A DNA stretch of 63,401 nucleotides, filler included, from Octopus bimaculoides (lineage: Eukaryota): NCBI RefSeq assembly GCF_001194135.2. It is 4 parts of 4 records of this genome, joined end to end, with 100 filler letters (N's around TTAATTAATTAA, not from the genome) between each part and the next. Parts side by side here need not be neighbours in the genome. Positions count along the whole stretch, not along the records: positions 42,851 to 59,049 come from NC_069003.1; positions 59,150 to 63,401 come from NC_068990.1; 2 more parts are not named here. One strand, given 5' to 3'. Positions 50,886 to 63,401 of this stretch are shown one piece after another. The notes under the pieces were generated by a model, which was not told the DNA's origin, ran no database searches, and worked only from the letters and a program-made list of their open reading frames with translations. The translations under genes and the position numbers were made by a program. Within the stretch, counting starts at the first letter, position 1. Each line of letters opens with the position of its first letter.

Positions 50886-51377
50886 GTGTACTAGCGTTGA
50901 CTGCTGTTTCATGCATCGGGATCAGCAATTGTACGACGAAGAACATTGAAATCTGTTGAAATTTTTGATACACAAAATTTTATTCTTTTTGCACATAAAA
51001 ACGAATGTTGTCGTTACTACGAACGATAAAAACGTCGAGAGAGCTTTTGCTCTTGGTGTAATGGTAGCAGCAGATAAAGTGTTGCTCGTTAATTTCCGGC
51101 TACTGGCTTCTAATCTTGTTTATCCTCCGACTGTTCACTGCCTTTGTGTTGTCAGCTCTTGTCTGCCATCTCTGTTGGCCAACTTCTACCATGTCTGTCA
51201 ATGCTTTCTCTGCTGCATCTCAAAGCTCTTTGTCTAATAGTCACAGTATGCCAAATTTATACTGGTTGATAGGCTCAGAAAGAAATGCACCAAAAGATGA
51301 GAATGTCACTAGAGCCTATCCCACATAAACACACACACATACACACATGCATATATACATAGATATATATAAATACA

Positions 51378-51530
51378 TACGACGGGCTTCTTTCAGTCTC
51401 CATCTACCAAATCCACTCACAAGGCTTTGATCGGCCCGAGACTATAGTAGAAGACATTTGCCCAAGGTGCCACGCAGTGAAACCGAACCCGGAACCATGT
51501 GGTTGGAAAGCAGGCTTCTTACTACACAGC
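51378..51530 (-). mobile_element. 5' half of SINE family C
   Basis: Homologous to 33362-33522. Confidence 0.8.
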
Positions 51531-51810
51531 CAAACGAGACGGAAGTAACAGTTTGTAGCAGTCATCCTTTTCTGAAAGATGTTAATAGGAGCAGCGAAGT
51601 GAAATATCTCCAATCGAAAATCGAAGCCGCATCTCGAACATGACAAGTTACCCCAAGCTGTGTAGCACTCAAGTCGAACACTTTCTATAAACATTGTAAC
51701 ATGAGATATATATCAACTTCTGCCGACAGAACAACGAATATCTCTTCTCTAAGTGGGACGGAGGTTAAACGGGGGTGAATGTGTGGGTGTCTCTATGTAC
51801 ATATTAATAA

Positions 51811-51851
<41 letters not shown>

Positions 51852-51912
51852 TGTGTATGCGTGTATATATGTATAAGTCACGTGTAAATACATGTATATA
51901 TAAGTGCATGCG

Positions 51913-51951
<39 letters not shown>

Positions 51952-52079
51952 GTATATATATATATATGTCTTTTGTGTGTGTGTATATATATATGTGTGC
52001 GTGTATATGTATAAATGTTTGCGTATATACATGTATATATATATTATATATATGCATATGTATATATGTATATATATGC

Positions 52080-52130
<51 letters not shown>

Positions 52131-52163
52131 CGTATGTATGTATACATAATAAATATATATATG

Positions 52164-52229
<66 letters not shown>

Positions 52230-52652
52230 GCGGCGGAGGTGGGAGAGAGGTTTTTGAAACCTTGTACGCCTGTATACTAAAATATATGCCGCCCAGTACT
52301 ATAGAAATGCTTATGAATTCAGTACACCCCAGTCAGACGAGTGAAAAGCCGAGTAAAATAAATATTAGATTTACTGAATATGAATTTCGGTTTGTATCAT
52401 TAAGCTGTCTGATTTATGATACGGAAATCGTTATGAATAAAAGATTGCAAGATGGATCACTAGTTCGTCTCGACTACGTCTCTGCGCCTCGTCTAATGTG
52501 TAACTTCCTCTCTTTCTCTCAGTGTGACTGTACGCCATTTTCTGCAGGTTTGGTTCTCTTTCTAGTTTTTATAATATATCTATTATAAAAGAAAAAAACT
52601 TCAGTACTACCACATACAAAAGAAAGAATAATGATATTATTATTATTATTAT

Positions 52653-52683
<31 letters not shown>

Positions 52684-52885
52684 AAATCAACGCGAAATAA
52701 AAGAAAAGGAAGATGATAAATTTCAAACGAAACAAAAAAATTTTATGAAAGAAACAATATGGAGCTCGAACGAAAGAGAAGTCAAATTATAAAAACTGAA
52801 CAATCTCTTGTCATAATTTGTGAGTGAGACTTCCCAGTGCTGTATATAAATGGTGAATATAAATTTATAGATATAAAAGATATAC

Positions 52886-52944
<59 letters not shown>

Positions 52945-53157
52945 AGTAAATACAAAAACTTGCTAATAGAAATTGAAAAAATGTGGCATCTCAAGGCGAC
53001 TACCGTACAAGTGATTGTAGGATCTCTAGGAATGATAGAGAAAAAAGGTACTGGACCCTATTTGAAAATGATACCAGGCTTACCATCCCTACAGGAAGTG
53101 CAAAAAATCGTGTTAACTGGAACGACTCATGTACTGAGAAGAGCATTATCGCTGTGA
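52945..53157 (+). pseudogene. 3' fragment of an R4/Dong-like non-LTR element (restriction-like endonuclease C-terminus)
   Basis: IEIEKMWHLKATTVQVIVGSLGMI...LQEVQKIVLTGTTHVLRRAL*; directly follows (AAT)n. Confidence 0.75.
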
Positions 53158-53349
53158 AAACAACATCCAATCATGAATTTATTTATTTATTTATTTATTT
53201 ATTAAAATACATATTTTACCTGTGAATTTGCGTGTGTAAACTGGGAATGCAGACAATGAGCTTCTCTGCCCTAGGTGAACGGAAAACACTCGGCGAGAAA
53301 TGGAAGAATATTTGAAGAAAGAAGAAAAAAAAAACATAATAATAATAAT

Positions 53350-53787
53350 GGTTTCAAATTTTGCTACAAGGGCAGCAATTTCGGGGGAGGGGTTAAGTTG
53401 ATTATATTGACCCCAGTGTTTCACTGGTACTCAATTTATGGACCTCCAAAAGGATGTAAGGCAAAAATCAACCTAAGCAGAGTTTGAACTCGGAAACGTA
53501 AAGACGGACGAAATACTGCTAAGCATTTTGCCCGGCGTGTTAACGATTCTGCCAGCTCGCCACCTTAATAATAATAATAATAATAATAATAATCCTTTCT
53601 ACTATAGTTACAAGGCCTGGAATTTAGGGGAGGGTGAAAGTCGATTACATCGATCCCTAGTACACAACTGGTACTTATTTTATCGATCTTGAAAGGAGGA
53701 AAGGCAAAGTCGACCTCGGCGTAATTTGAACTCACTACGTCGCGACAGGCGATGTACCGCTAAGTGTTTCGTCCTGCTCGCCGCCTT
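53350..53787 (-). mobile_element. Two tandem SINE family B copies within (AAT)n
   Basis: 53350-53566 and 53592-53787; CpGs retained. Confidence 0.8.
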
Positions 53788-54804
53788 ATAAGAAAAAAAT
53801 CAAACAAAACATAATAATGATATTTGANNNNNNNNNNNNNNNNNNNNNNNNNNNNNNNNNNNNNNNNNNNNNNNNNNNNNNNNNNNNNNNNNNNNNNNNN
53901 NNNNNNNNNNNNNNNNNNNNNNNNNNNNNNNNNNNNNNNNNNNNNNNNNNNNNNNNNNNNNNNNNNNNNNNNNNNNNNNNNNNNNNNNNNNNNNNNNNNN
54001 NNNNNNNNNNNNNNNNNNNNNNNNNNNNNNNNNNNNNNNNNNNNNNNNNNNNNNNNNNNNNNNNNNNNNNNNNNNNNNNNNNNNNNNNNNNNNNNNNNNN
54101 NNNNNNNNNNNNNNNNNNNNNNNNNNNNNNNNNNNNNNNNNNNNNNNNNNNNNNNNNNNNNNNNNNNNNNNNNNNNNNNNNNNNNNNNNNNNNNNNNNNN
54201 NNNNNNNNNNNNNNNNNNNNNNNNNNNNNNNNNNNNNNNNNNNNNNNNNNNNNNNNNNNNNNNNNNNNNNNNNNNNNNNNNNNNNNNNNNNNNNNNNNNN
54301 NNNNNNNNNNNNNNNNNNNNNNNNNNNNNNNNNNNNNNNNNNNNNNNNNNNNNNNNNNNNNNNNNNNNNNNNNNNNNNNNNNNNNNNNNNNNNNNNNNNN
54401 NNNNNNNNNNNNNNNNNNNNNNNNNNNNNNNNNNNNNNNNNNNNNNNNNNNNNNNNNNNNNNNNNNNNNNNNNNNNNNNNNNTGCATTGTCGATCGGCAG
54501 AAAAAAATACCATCCTATATTCCGCAAGACTCCTAAGAAAAATTCTTGAGATTTTGGGGGGGAGATTTGTTGTCACCAAACCTCAAGATGAATTTTCCAC
54601 TAACTAAATTAGTTAATGATGATGAGGATGATGATGAGGAGGAGGATGGTGATGATGATGATGATGATGATGGTGTTGATTATGATGATGATGGTGATGG
54701 CAGTGGTGGTGGTAGTGGTGGTGGTGGTGGTGATGATGATGATAATAATAATAATAACAATACTACTAATAATAATAACAACAACAATAATAATAATAAC
54801 GCTA

Positions 54805-55185
54805 ATCACACCCCTTTGGAACTTTAATGTTTAAACTGACAGAAAGATAGATGCGAATAAGCCAGATATTATATTGAAGGACTTCAGACAAAAATCATGC
54901 TTCCTCATCAATATGACCGTCTTAATCGACATAAATGTATCTGTCAAGACCTACCAAAATCTGAGCAAGTATAAGGACCTTGAAATAGAAATTGGCAAAA
55001 TGTGGAACCTCAAGACTAAAACAATACCTGTTGTCATAGGTGCCCTAGGAATGATAGCAAAAGGGGCTGTTTGCTACCTATGCCTGACACCAGGAAATCA
55101 AAAAATTGAAGAAATTCAAAAAATAGTGTGCATGGGAACTGCACATAATCTACAAAAAAAATATTGTCTATGTAATTCCAAAAAC
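54805..55185 (+). pseudogene. R4/Dong-like RLE endonuclease fragment
   Basis: NKPDIILKD..CFLINMTV..D.N..K....SKYKDLEIEIGKMWNLKTKTIPVVIGALG..IQKIVCMGTAH; follows (AAT)n. Confidence 0.8.
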
Positions 55186-55413
55186 ATTTTAATCTGTAAA
55201 CATTGTCAAAAATACTTTTAGATATACATAATAGCAAACGTCTTTCATTGTCATCTTAAGATCACGCTATCATATTATCATCAAATTACTTTTAAAACAA
55301 ACTTCTAATTTTCTTGTTTTGACAGACATTCTCTAGAACAATACACTGTGCAAAACCAAACGTGTGGCTCTCCAATCATAACACCAACTTGAACGTCTAA
55401 CAACAACAACAAC

Positions 55414-55508
<95 letters not shown>

Positions 55509-55602
55509 TACAGAAAGCATCAAGAGGAATATTAAGGAAATTGGAATGGAGTGCCTAGTAGAACTGTTACAGAAGGTAAGAGTTTTCCCCCATGTTTTAG
55601 AT

Positions 55603-55911
55603 CAGGGGTTTTCAAACTTTTTGACTTGCGGACCCCTTTATATTTCAGGCTTTACCTTAGGGACCTTATAAACGCTTATGAAATTTATACACGCTTATGA
55701 AATTTATACATAAATATTTGCTTAAAATAACATATTTTTACATTTATTTATTTGGCAGTATTTAACAAATAGGTTTATTGTCAATTAAATGATTTCGATT
55801 AAAAAACATATAAAAGCAAATTGCCCATAAAAAGTATTTGCTGTCTACGGACCCCCTGTCTTGTCCTTGCGGACCTCCTGTGGTCCGCGGAACACAGTTT
55901 GAAAATCTCTG
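55603..55911. mobile_element. hAT MITE with perfect 8-bp TSD
   Basis: CAGGGGTTTTCAAAC / GTTTGAAAATCTCTG; TTTTAGAT at 55595-55602 and 55912-55919. Confidence 0.9.
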
Positions 55912-56758
55912 TTTTAGATGACGGAGATTCCGAATATGCAAGAAAACACGTTTTCAAAATTTTAAATTCAATACACATATGGATATGTATATAAAGAGAT
56001 ACATAGATATAAATGTCTTCCTGGGGCTAAAAACAACAGTAACACTGTCCTCTATAGGACCGCCACATTTAGTTGACAAATATATTTTAAGAATAAACGG
56101 ACAGGGACAAATAGATAGACAGATAAATAAATAAATGGATGGAAAAAGTTCACAATTTAAAATTGAGGGAGGGGTGAAATTTGACCCCCTTATTGAACTT
56201 TACAACATAAATTATTAAATATTAATGATTTTTTTTCTAATAAGACGGTGTATATTTAATTTACATTAAATTATTATTTACGATTGTTTAAGGCGAACAC
56301 AAGTAAAAGGCAAATTCTTTTCACGTTAATGTTTTTGTCTGCATTTAATTTCGATTTGCATATGTTTGTCAATTCGCTACGATCTTTTTAAAGTTAACAA
56401 AATCAAAATTTTAAATGGGGTGGGGGAAGAGGTGGTAGAAGTGAAAATTATTATTATTTTTTTTTTTTTGCATATTCGTAATTTCCGACATCTAAAACGT
56501 AGGAATCCGAAAAAAAATATTTTCCAAAAAATGCATTTTTCAAGGAGCGGTGCGAAACTGCATTAGCCTCGCAAACAGGATATAACAATTGCCACTCGAG
56601 GACAAAAATCGTATTACACAGTGCCACTGAAAGAAATCTAACGATAATAAGTATGATGTAACATATGAGGGTGGGATAGGTTGATAATTTCTGGAATTCA
56701 TTGAAATGAATCGAGGAAAAATATCTATGCGGATTGACGACCGCTCTCTGCAGAAGTT

Positions 56759-57150
56759 GTGGAGGCGCAATGGCCCAGTGGTTAGGGCAGCGGATTCGCG
56801 GCCGTAGGATCACGGTTTCGATTCCCAAACAGAGCGTTGTGAGTGCTTATTGAGCGAAAACACCTAAAGCTCCACGAGTCTCCGGCAGGGATTGGTGGCG
56901 AACCCTGCTGTACTCTTTCGCCACAACTTTCTCTCACTCTTACTTCCTGTTTCTGTTATACCTGTATTTCAAAGGGTCAGCCTTGTCACATTGTGTCACG
57001 TTGAATCTCCCCGAGAACTACGTTAAGGGTACACGTGTCTGTGGAGTGCTCAGCCACTTGCACGTTAATTTCACGAGCAGGCTGTTCCGTTGATCGGATC
57101 AACTGGAACCCTCGACGACGTAAGTGACGGAGTGCCAACAACAACAACAA
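56759..57150 (+). mobile_element. Full-length tRNA-derived SINE (Arg-like head), (CAA)n tail
   Basis: TGGCCCAGTGG A box, GGTTTCGATTCC B box, TTCGC loop; tail GGAGTGCCAACAACAAC. Confidence 0.8.
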
Positions 57151-57444
57151 TCAGCTAAGGAAAGATTCACCATGAGTCAAGCTCCCAATTCAAAGTCGTA
57201 ATAATGGAATTGGTTGGCGACAGAGTGTCATGGGAATCCGCAAAAGCATCGAAAAGAAATCTATATTTATTGCAGATTATATTCAAATTGTTATTTATTA
57301 TCATTATTACGATGAGTTGGAAAAGAACGAAGTTTGAATAGTGGACGACAGTCTGTTCGTAGCGGAAGTCTATCTTATGTCGCGTTCTTAGAGTCTTTTA
57401 ATACTAAGTATGTGGAAGGTGAAGGATTCGAGGCTGACACGAAA

Positions 57445-57862
57445 CAACTGTGTGTGTGTGTGAGAGAGAGAGGGGGAGGGGCACGAGAGAGAGCATGTGT
57501 GTGAGAGAGAGGGGAGGGAGAGGAGAGAGCGTGTGTGTGAGAGAGAGCGTGGGTGTGTGAGAGAGAGAGCGTGGGTGTGAAAGAGAGAGAGAGCGTGGGT
57601 GTGTGAGAGAGAGGAGGAGAGGTGAGAGAGCGTGTGTGAGAGAGAGAGAGGGAGGGAGAGGAGAGAGAGCGTGTGTGTGAGAGAAAGAGGGAGGGAGGGA
57701 GAGGAGAGAGGGCATGTATGTATGAGAGAGAGAGAGCGTGTGTTTGTGAGAGAGAGAGCGTGTGTTTGTGAGAGAGAGAGCGTGTGTGTATGTGAGAGAG
57801 AGTGGGGGAGGGAGAGGAGAGATAGCGTCTGTGAGAGAGAAAGAGAGATAGAGCGTGTGTGG
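57445..57862. repeat. Compound (GA)n/(GT)n minisatellite
   Basis: Repeated GAGAGAGAGCGTGTGTGT units. Confidence 0.9.
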
Positions 57863-57997
57863 GGGGAGTTATCTAGGTCACCTAAGCTGCTGGCGAATTT
57901 CACAGATTAAACAAATGGATTTTAAGCACACAATCCGGAAACAATTGAAACTAACGCGAAAACCGCTGTTTCGATCCCTAGTCACGGGTCTGTTATA

Positions 57998-58124
57998 CAG
58001 GGTGACCACAAGGTCTGGGTACATGGAGTAAATAAAATCATAACATAAACAATTAAATATAAGAACTAATAATTTCTTAAAGTATGTGTTAATCCCCATG
58101 TACCCAGACTTTGTGGACAGTCTT
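57998..58124. mobile_element. Tc1/mariner-type MITE
   Basis: CAGGGTGACCACAAGGTCTGGGTACATGG inverted as CCATGTACCCAGACTTTGTGGACAGTCTT; TA on both sides. Confidence 0.7.
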
Positions 58125-58999
58125 TATATCTCCAGCATACCCTTCTAGCGAAACACTCTACTCAGAAAATCATCCTTGTGTTAGACTGTCTAACCAGGCA
58201 ATGAGTTGTGCTTTGATATCCGGCCGCGTAGGATTTCAAGATGAGAGAGATAAACGGATTAAGTTTACCGTAGCTGAGTCTGTGACCGCCTCAGACCACC
58301 TCTGAAGAAAATGGTCATTATAACTAACTGTGTAACATTAACAGCATTAATACAATTTTCCAAGATGAATGAGTGTGATTTTAAGAAAATTAACCTGGTA
58401 TTACTAGCACATCCAGAAACCGACTTAAAAGTTCCCTAGCACAGGATAGCGGCAGAAAAACCTCCCACATTTTATACAGCTATAGGTGTGGCGCTAGTAA
58501 TATTAAACAAACAAACTCCATACTGCCGTGTAGCTGATGTCTTACTGTTTTTTAATAGTTAGCATTTTGACTTGTGTTGAAGCAATTTCAATTTCTATAT
58601 TTGTTTTGCAAATAATCATCAAAGATGCCGCAACTGAGAGGATGGTTTTGTTGCACCTGTGTATTGGATCACGGACCGAATTTAGAACGATAAGAGGCAA
58701 GGAAGAAAGGAATGAAGGTTTGTTATTTAAGTGGCTGACCTTTCATTTAAAGAAAGAGAAGAAAGATTTTTTTCTTTTTAAACTCTTCCCTTTCAGTATT
58801 TTAATCAGTCAGTCATATTAATTTGTTTCTCTGACGAAATGTCAAGGAGAAGCATCGTTTTTAAATTAACTTTAGCAAACAAAAGATTCTACAAACCGAG
58901 AAGAGAACTACTTTAATGTGGTTAATGTCGAACCGGCGACGGGGCACCTCCATGAGGTTCCTTGATATGCTAGTAATAACAGCAACATCTCTCTCTCTT

Positions 59000-59049
<50 letters not shown>

Positions 59050-59322
59050 NNNNNNNNNNNNNNNNNNNNNNNNNNNNNNNNNNNNNNNNNNNNTTAATTA
59101 ATTAANNNNNNNNNNNNNNNNNNNNNNNNNNNNNNNNNNNNNNNNNNNNAGTTAAAACCGAACTGCACTTTTGAAAACTTGCACTAAGAATAATTACAAG
59201 GTAAAATTACTAACTTTTTTATAGCAAGTTGATACAGCTAGTATATTCCGCCCGCCTCCAAATTTTAGTTCATGCAATTGAAAAAGCCGCGTTATTTATG
59301 TGATGACCGTATATATATATAT

Positions 59323-59643
59323 AATCAAAATAAGCAACGGGATATCAAGTAATGATGCAGTACGACCGTTTTAAGCGGCTCCATTTACTAAAGCAATGCA
59401 ATCATTACATCAACTTAAATGCAGTGCCATCTTCAGCTGCACAAATGAATAAATAGAATTTTAATCAGTAGGTTAAAATTATATTAATGTGTCCTACTGG
59501 TTAAAATCCTATTTATTTATTTGTGCAACTGAAGATGGCATTGCATTTAAATTTATGTAATGATTGCATTGTTCAAGTAGATGGAGCCACTTGAAACGGT
59601 CGTACTGTATCACTACTTGATATCCTGTTGCTTGTTTGGATTT
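59323..59643. repeat. ~320-bp foldback element (~150-bp arms, ~20-bp spacer)
   Basis: AGCAACGGGATATCAAGTAATGATGCAGTACGACCG.. inverted as ..CGGTCGTACTGTATCACTACTTGATATCCTGTTGCT. Confidence 0.88.
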
Positions 59644-59993
59644 TATTCACCTTATTTCGAGCAGGGTGGATAGCACCGGACTAACTTAGTGCTTCAACTC
59701 AAGTATCTAATTTTAACTGAAACTTGACGAAGGGGTATACTCTTTATGCTGCATGTCTTGTTTCTCTGTTTGTTTTTTTCGTTGTTCGAAAAAGTTCGTT
59801 TTCTATGTTTTCGATTCTATGATTTCGTTTCTCATTGTGGTTAACATTTTTGTTTTTGTATGTCCTGTACCCATATATGCATGTATGTATACATATAGAT
59901 GTAGGTATGTATATATATGTATGGATATATGCGTATATTTATATATTCTTTATATATATATATGCGTATGTGTGTATACGTTTATATAATACA

Positions 59994-60025
<32 letters not shown>

Positions 60026-60546
60026 NNNNNNNNNNNNNNNNNNNNNNNNNNNNNNNNNNNNNNNNNNNNNNNNNNNNNNNNNNNNNNNNNNNNNNNNNNN
60101 NTATATACATATATATATCGGAGAGGGGGCTCAAAAGTTCCTAAACGAAAATACTGAAGGATCAGTTAATTATGATTTTATTCAACATATTCCCCTCTCA
60201 GATTGATGCAGGAGTCATTCAGTCTTTCTAAGCGCTGTAAAGACGTTTGGGCCTCTAACCAAGCCTTTCACAATACCCTTAGAGCCAGTGACATTTCATC
60301 AACCCTTTGTGTGTATGTGTGTGTGTGCGTGTGTGTGTGTGTGTGTGCGTGTGTGTGTGTGTGTGTGCGTGTGTGTGTGTGTGTTTATTACAGCCAAGAA
60401 AGAAATTTTCAAAGGCAGTATAGCTGTGAAATTTACTTTCTTTATCTGTAAAATACCAAGACATCGGCGCTTCCAAACTTTGTTTACAATATATAAATAG
60501 ACAGGTAGATAAACAGACAGACAGACAGACACACACACAGACACAG

Positions 60547-60577
<31 letters not shown>

Positions 60578-62004
60578 TATATGTATGTGTGTGTGTGTGC
60601 GTGTGCGTATGTATGTATGTATATATTGGGAATTTAATGCAACAAAGCTATGAACAGATTTTTATCTCAGACATTTCCATAGATCTATGCCTTGCAGTAT
60701 AACTATGAAATTTACTTTCTTGTATGTAAAATAGCCAAACATCGGTGCTTCCAAACTTTGTTTACTATATATATTATAAATTGGGGTTTTAACGCAACAA
60801 AGCTATGAAAGGATTTTTTTATCTTAGACAATTTTATAGACCCATACCTTTTAACTGTATGTATGCATATAATATAATACACAGATGGCGATTCTAGTCT
60901 CATACTCTAACAATTACCTACACGGAGTTTTTCTATAGCCCGGCAAGCTTCCGCAACACCGGTGGGTTTTTTATTCACTCCTTCCTATATTATTGTTAGC
61001 TAAAACTATTTTGTTTCTCTGGCACTGCGACACTGTATGAATAAATTAAAAAGTAGGCATTTGTTAGTTATAAATGCAAATAGCAGTGTACAAGACAAAA
61101 TATATGCAGCATGTTTTAGAATATGAGATATAAATATGTTTCATTTTAAAAATATCTCAGCAAAATTCCCAGTTACAATATTGTTCATACACATTCTCCA
61201 ATAAGTAGAAATTACCTCTTCTCGCTTATTTCAAATTCACTCTGAACACCTGATCATTCCATATGAGGTTTAACTCATTTAGAATAATTTCAACTTCCAA
61301 GGGAGAAATCCTACTCCAAAATGAAAATGAATATTCTTTCATTTTGATTAATCTCTATCTAAATGCGCCTGAACGTATGATGTCTAAGCGTGTCTGTATA
61401 TGTGTGCGTGTGTGGGTGCGAATGTGTGCGTGTGTGTATGTGTGTGCGTGGGGGGTGTATTTGTCTCTGTGTGTCTCTGTGTGTGCATGTCTCCGCCTTT
61501 GCGTGCATGTGCGCGTATAAGCTCGCAGGCAATATGTATGTACGTATGTATGTATGTATATCTATATATATTCACATAATATATGTATGTGTATGTGTGT
61601 GTTTGCGTATGTGTATGCCTGCCTATGCATGTATGTATGTATATTCTATGTGAATATCATTGCTGATAATAAACTCTGTATATTATTTCTAGTGTATGAT
61701 GGCAGAAATATTGATGAAATGTGCTTGAAAAAGTAATTAATTTGTATTCAATCATACATCCCTGACGTCTAGAGCATGAAATTGTTCTTTATAAGATGTA
61801 ATAACCCTTAAATATGTGAGCAAATAGATGTGTCTAGCATCCCTCTATTTGTCTCTCGTTCCATGACACTATCTGCAGAACAGTCGTGTATAATTTTGAA
61901 GAACAATGAATGGAATTTTTGTTGCAAAATCTTAGTAGAATTCTGTAAAATATAAGGGAGTACCCGCGTGTGCGGATATACGTAAGCATATAAACACAGG
62001 AATG

Positions 62005-62460
<456 letters not shown>

Positions 62461-63401
62461 TTTAGATGTGGGATAAAAGTTATTTCCAGTTGCTATTCAT
62501 CCCTATGTAGGACAATTCTAAGCAGTGTTGATACTTTATATAATATGAAGCTATTTGAAAAAGATGTAGCAGCAATCGCTAGCTGTCTATGTGAACACAT
62601 AGAAATTATCCCGTTGGTCCAAACAATATTACATATTACATTAAGTATATTTTGAAGAATGAAAAACATGCCTTTGAGCATTGAAATTCACCTTATTAGT
62701 CTGTGTATCTAAATACAACCTGCCTTCGTCTTACTATTTCTAACCATCCATTTCTTTCCCTCACTATTCCTAGGAGGGTCGCAGAGGTAAAGAGTTCGTG
62801 CACCTCCTCCAAATGGCTCTATCAAGAGCAACCATCATTACACTGCACAAGCGTCACCAACTGAGATTATGAATATTCTCAAACACCTTCACTCTAGGTC
62901 TATCCCTTGATGTCGAGCAGGTAACACTTTTCTCCTTGCAGAAGTCGATGGATCGAGTGAAACAAAATAAATGCACCCTTGATATAATCGAACAACAATA
63001 GTACTGCATTGCTACGATATACTTTAATTCTAAGTCATAAGGAATCAACGATAGCGTTTTATATTGATCCGAAAAGTATGATATCCAATGTCAACGTCGA
63101 CAGGATTTGACCTCGGAGCAATGAAACACGGGCAAGGAAACAGAAAAGCAACCAAGTCGTCTCCCTACTGTCTCCAACGTCACGTGTAAAATGTGTACAG
63201 CTGAGAGCAGTGCAAATGTCAGCGAGTAATGTTATTTATTAGGAATATCAATAACCACCACCACGTGTTTCCAGCGGATTCGTTGGCAATAGCAATTAAT
63301 CTTTGAATTCATTTACAGCCTGCTAGCTACACAATGCACAAATTACATACATACATACATTCATGTATATATATACATACATATATATATATTTACATAT
63401 A

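Noticed and set aside
56759-56830. tRNA gene
   Set aside because: No acceptor-stem closure; continues into a SINE body and (CAA)n tail.

Overview
AT-rich eukaryotic (metazoan) draft-assembly DNA with many N gaps and dense micro/minisatellites. The SINE/LINE families look like those of Octopus; this is inferred from memory, not from a search. No host gene can be confidently identified. There is one candidate first coding exon in a CpG-rich island at ~36.5 kb. The window is mostly decayed transposons: a full-length mariner (1.5-2.8 kb), an IR-DR Tc1 (27.0-28.5 kb), several RTE LINE fragments, a CR1-group fragment, R4/Dong-like endonuclease fragments beside (TAA)n, Helitron and hAT/Tc1/piggyBac-type MITEs, and at least three tRNA-derived SINE families. 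The most interesting object is a complete Penelope-like retroelement (28.5-31.55 kb, minus strand, probably Hydra clade). Each of its two pseudo-LTRs carries a minimal type-I hammerhead ribozyme. Its GIY-YIG endonuclease is split by ~190 codons of Asn/Ser/Thr-rich sequence between the GIY and YIG motifs. Most long ORFs in the supplied track are N-gap or microsatellite artefacts.
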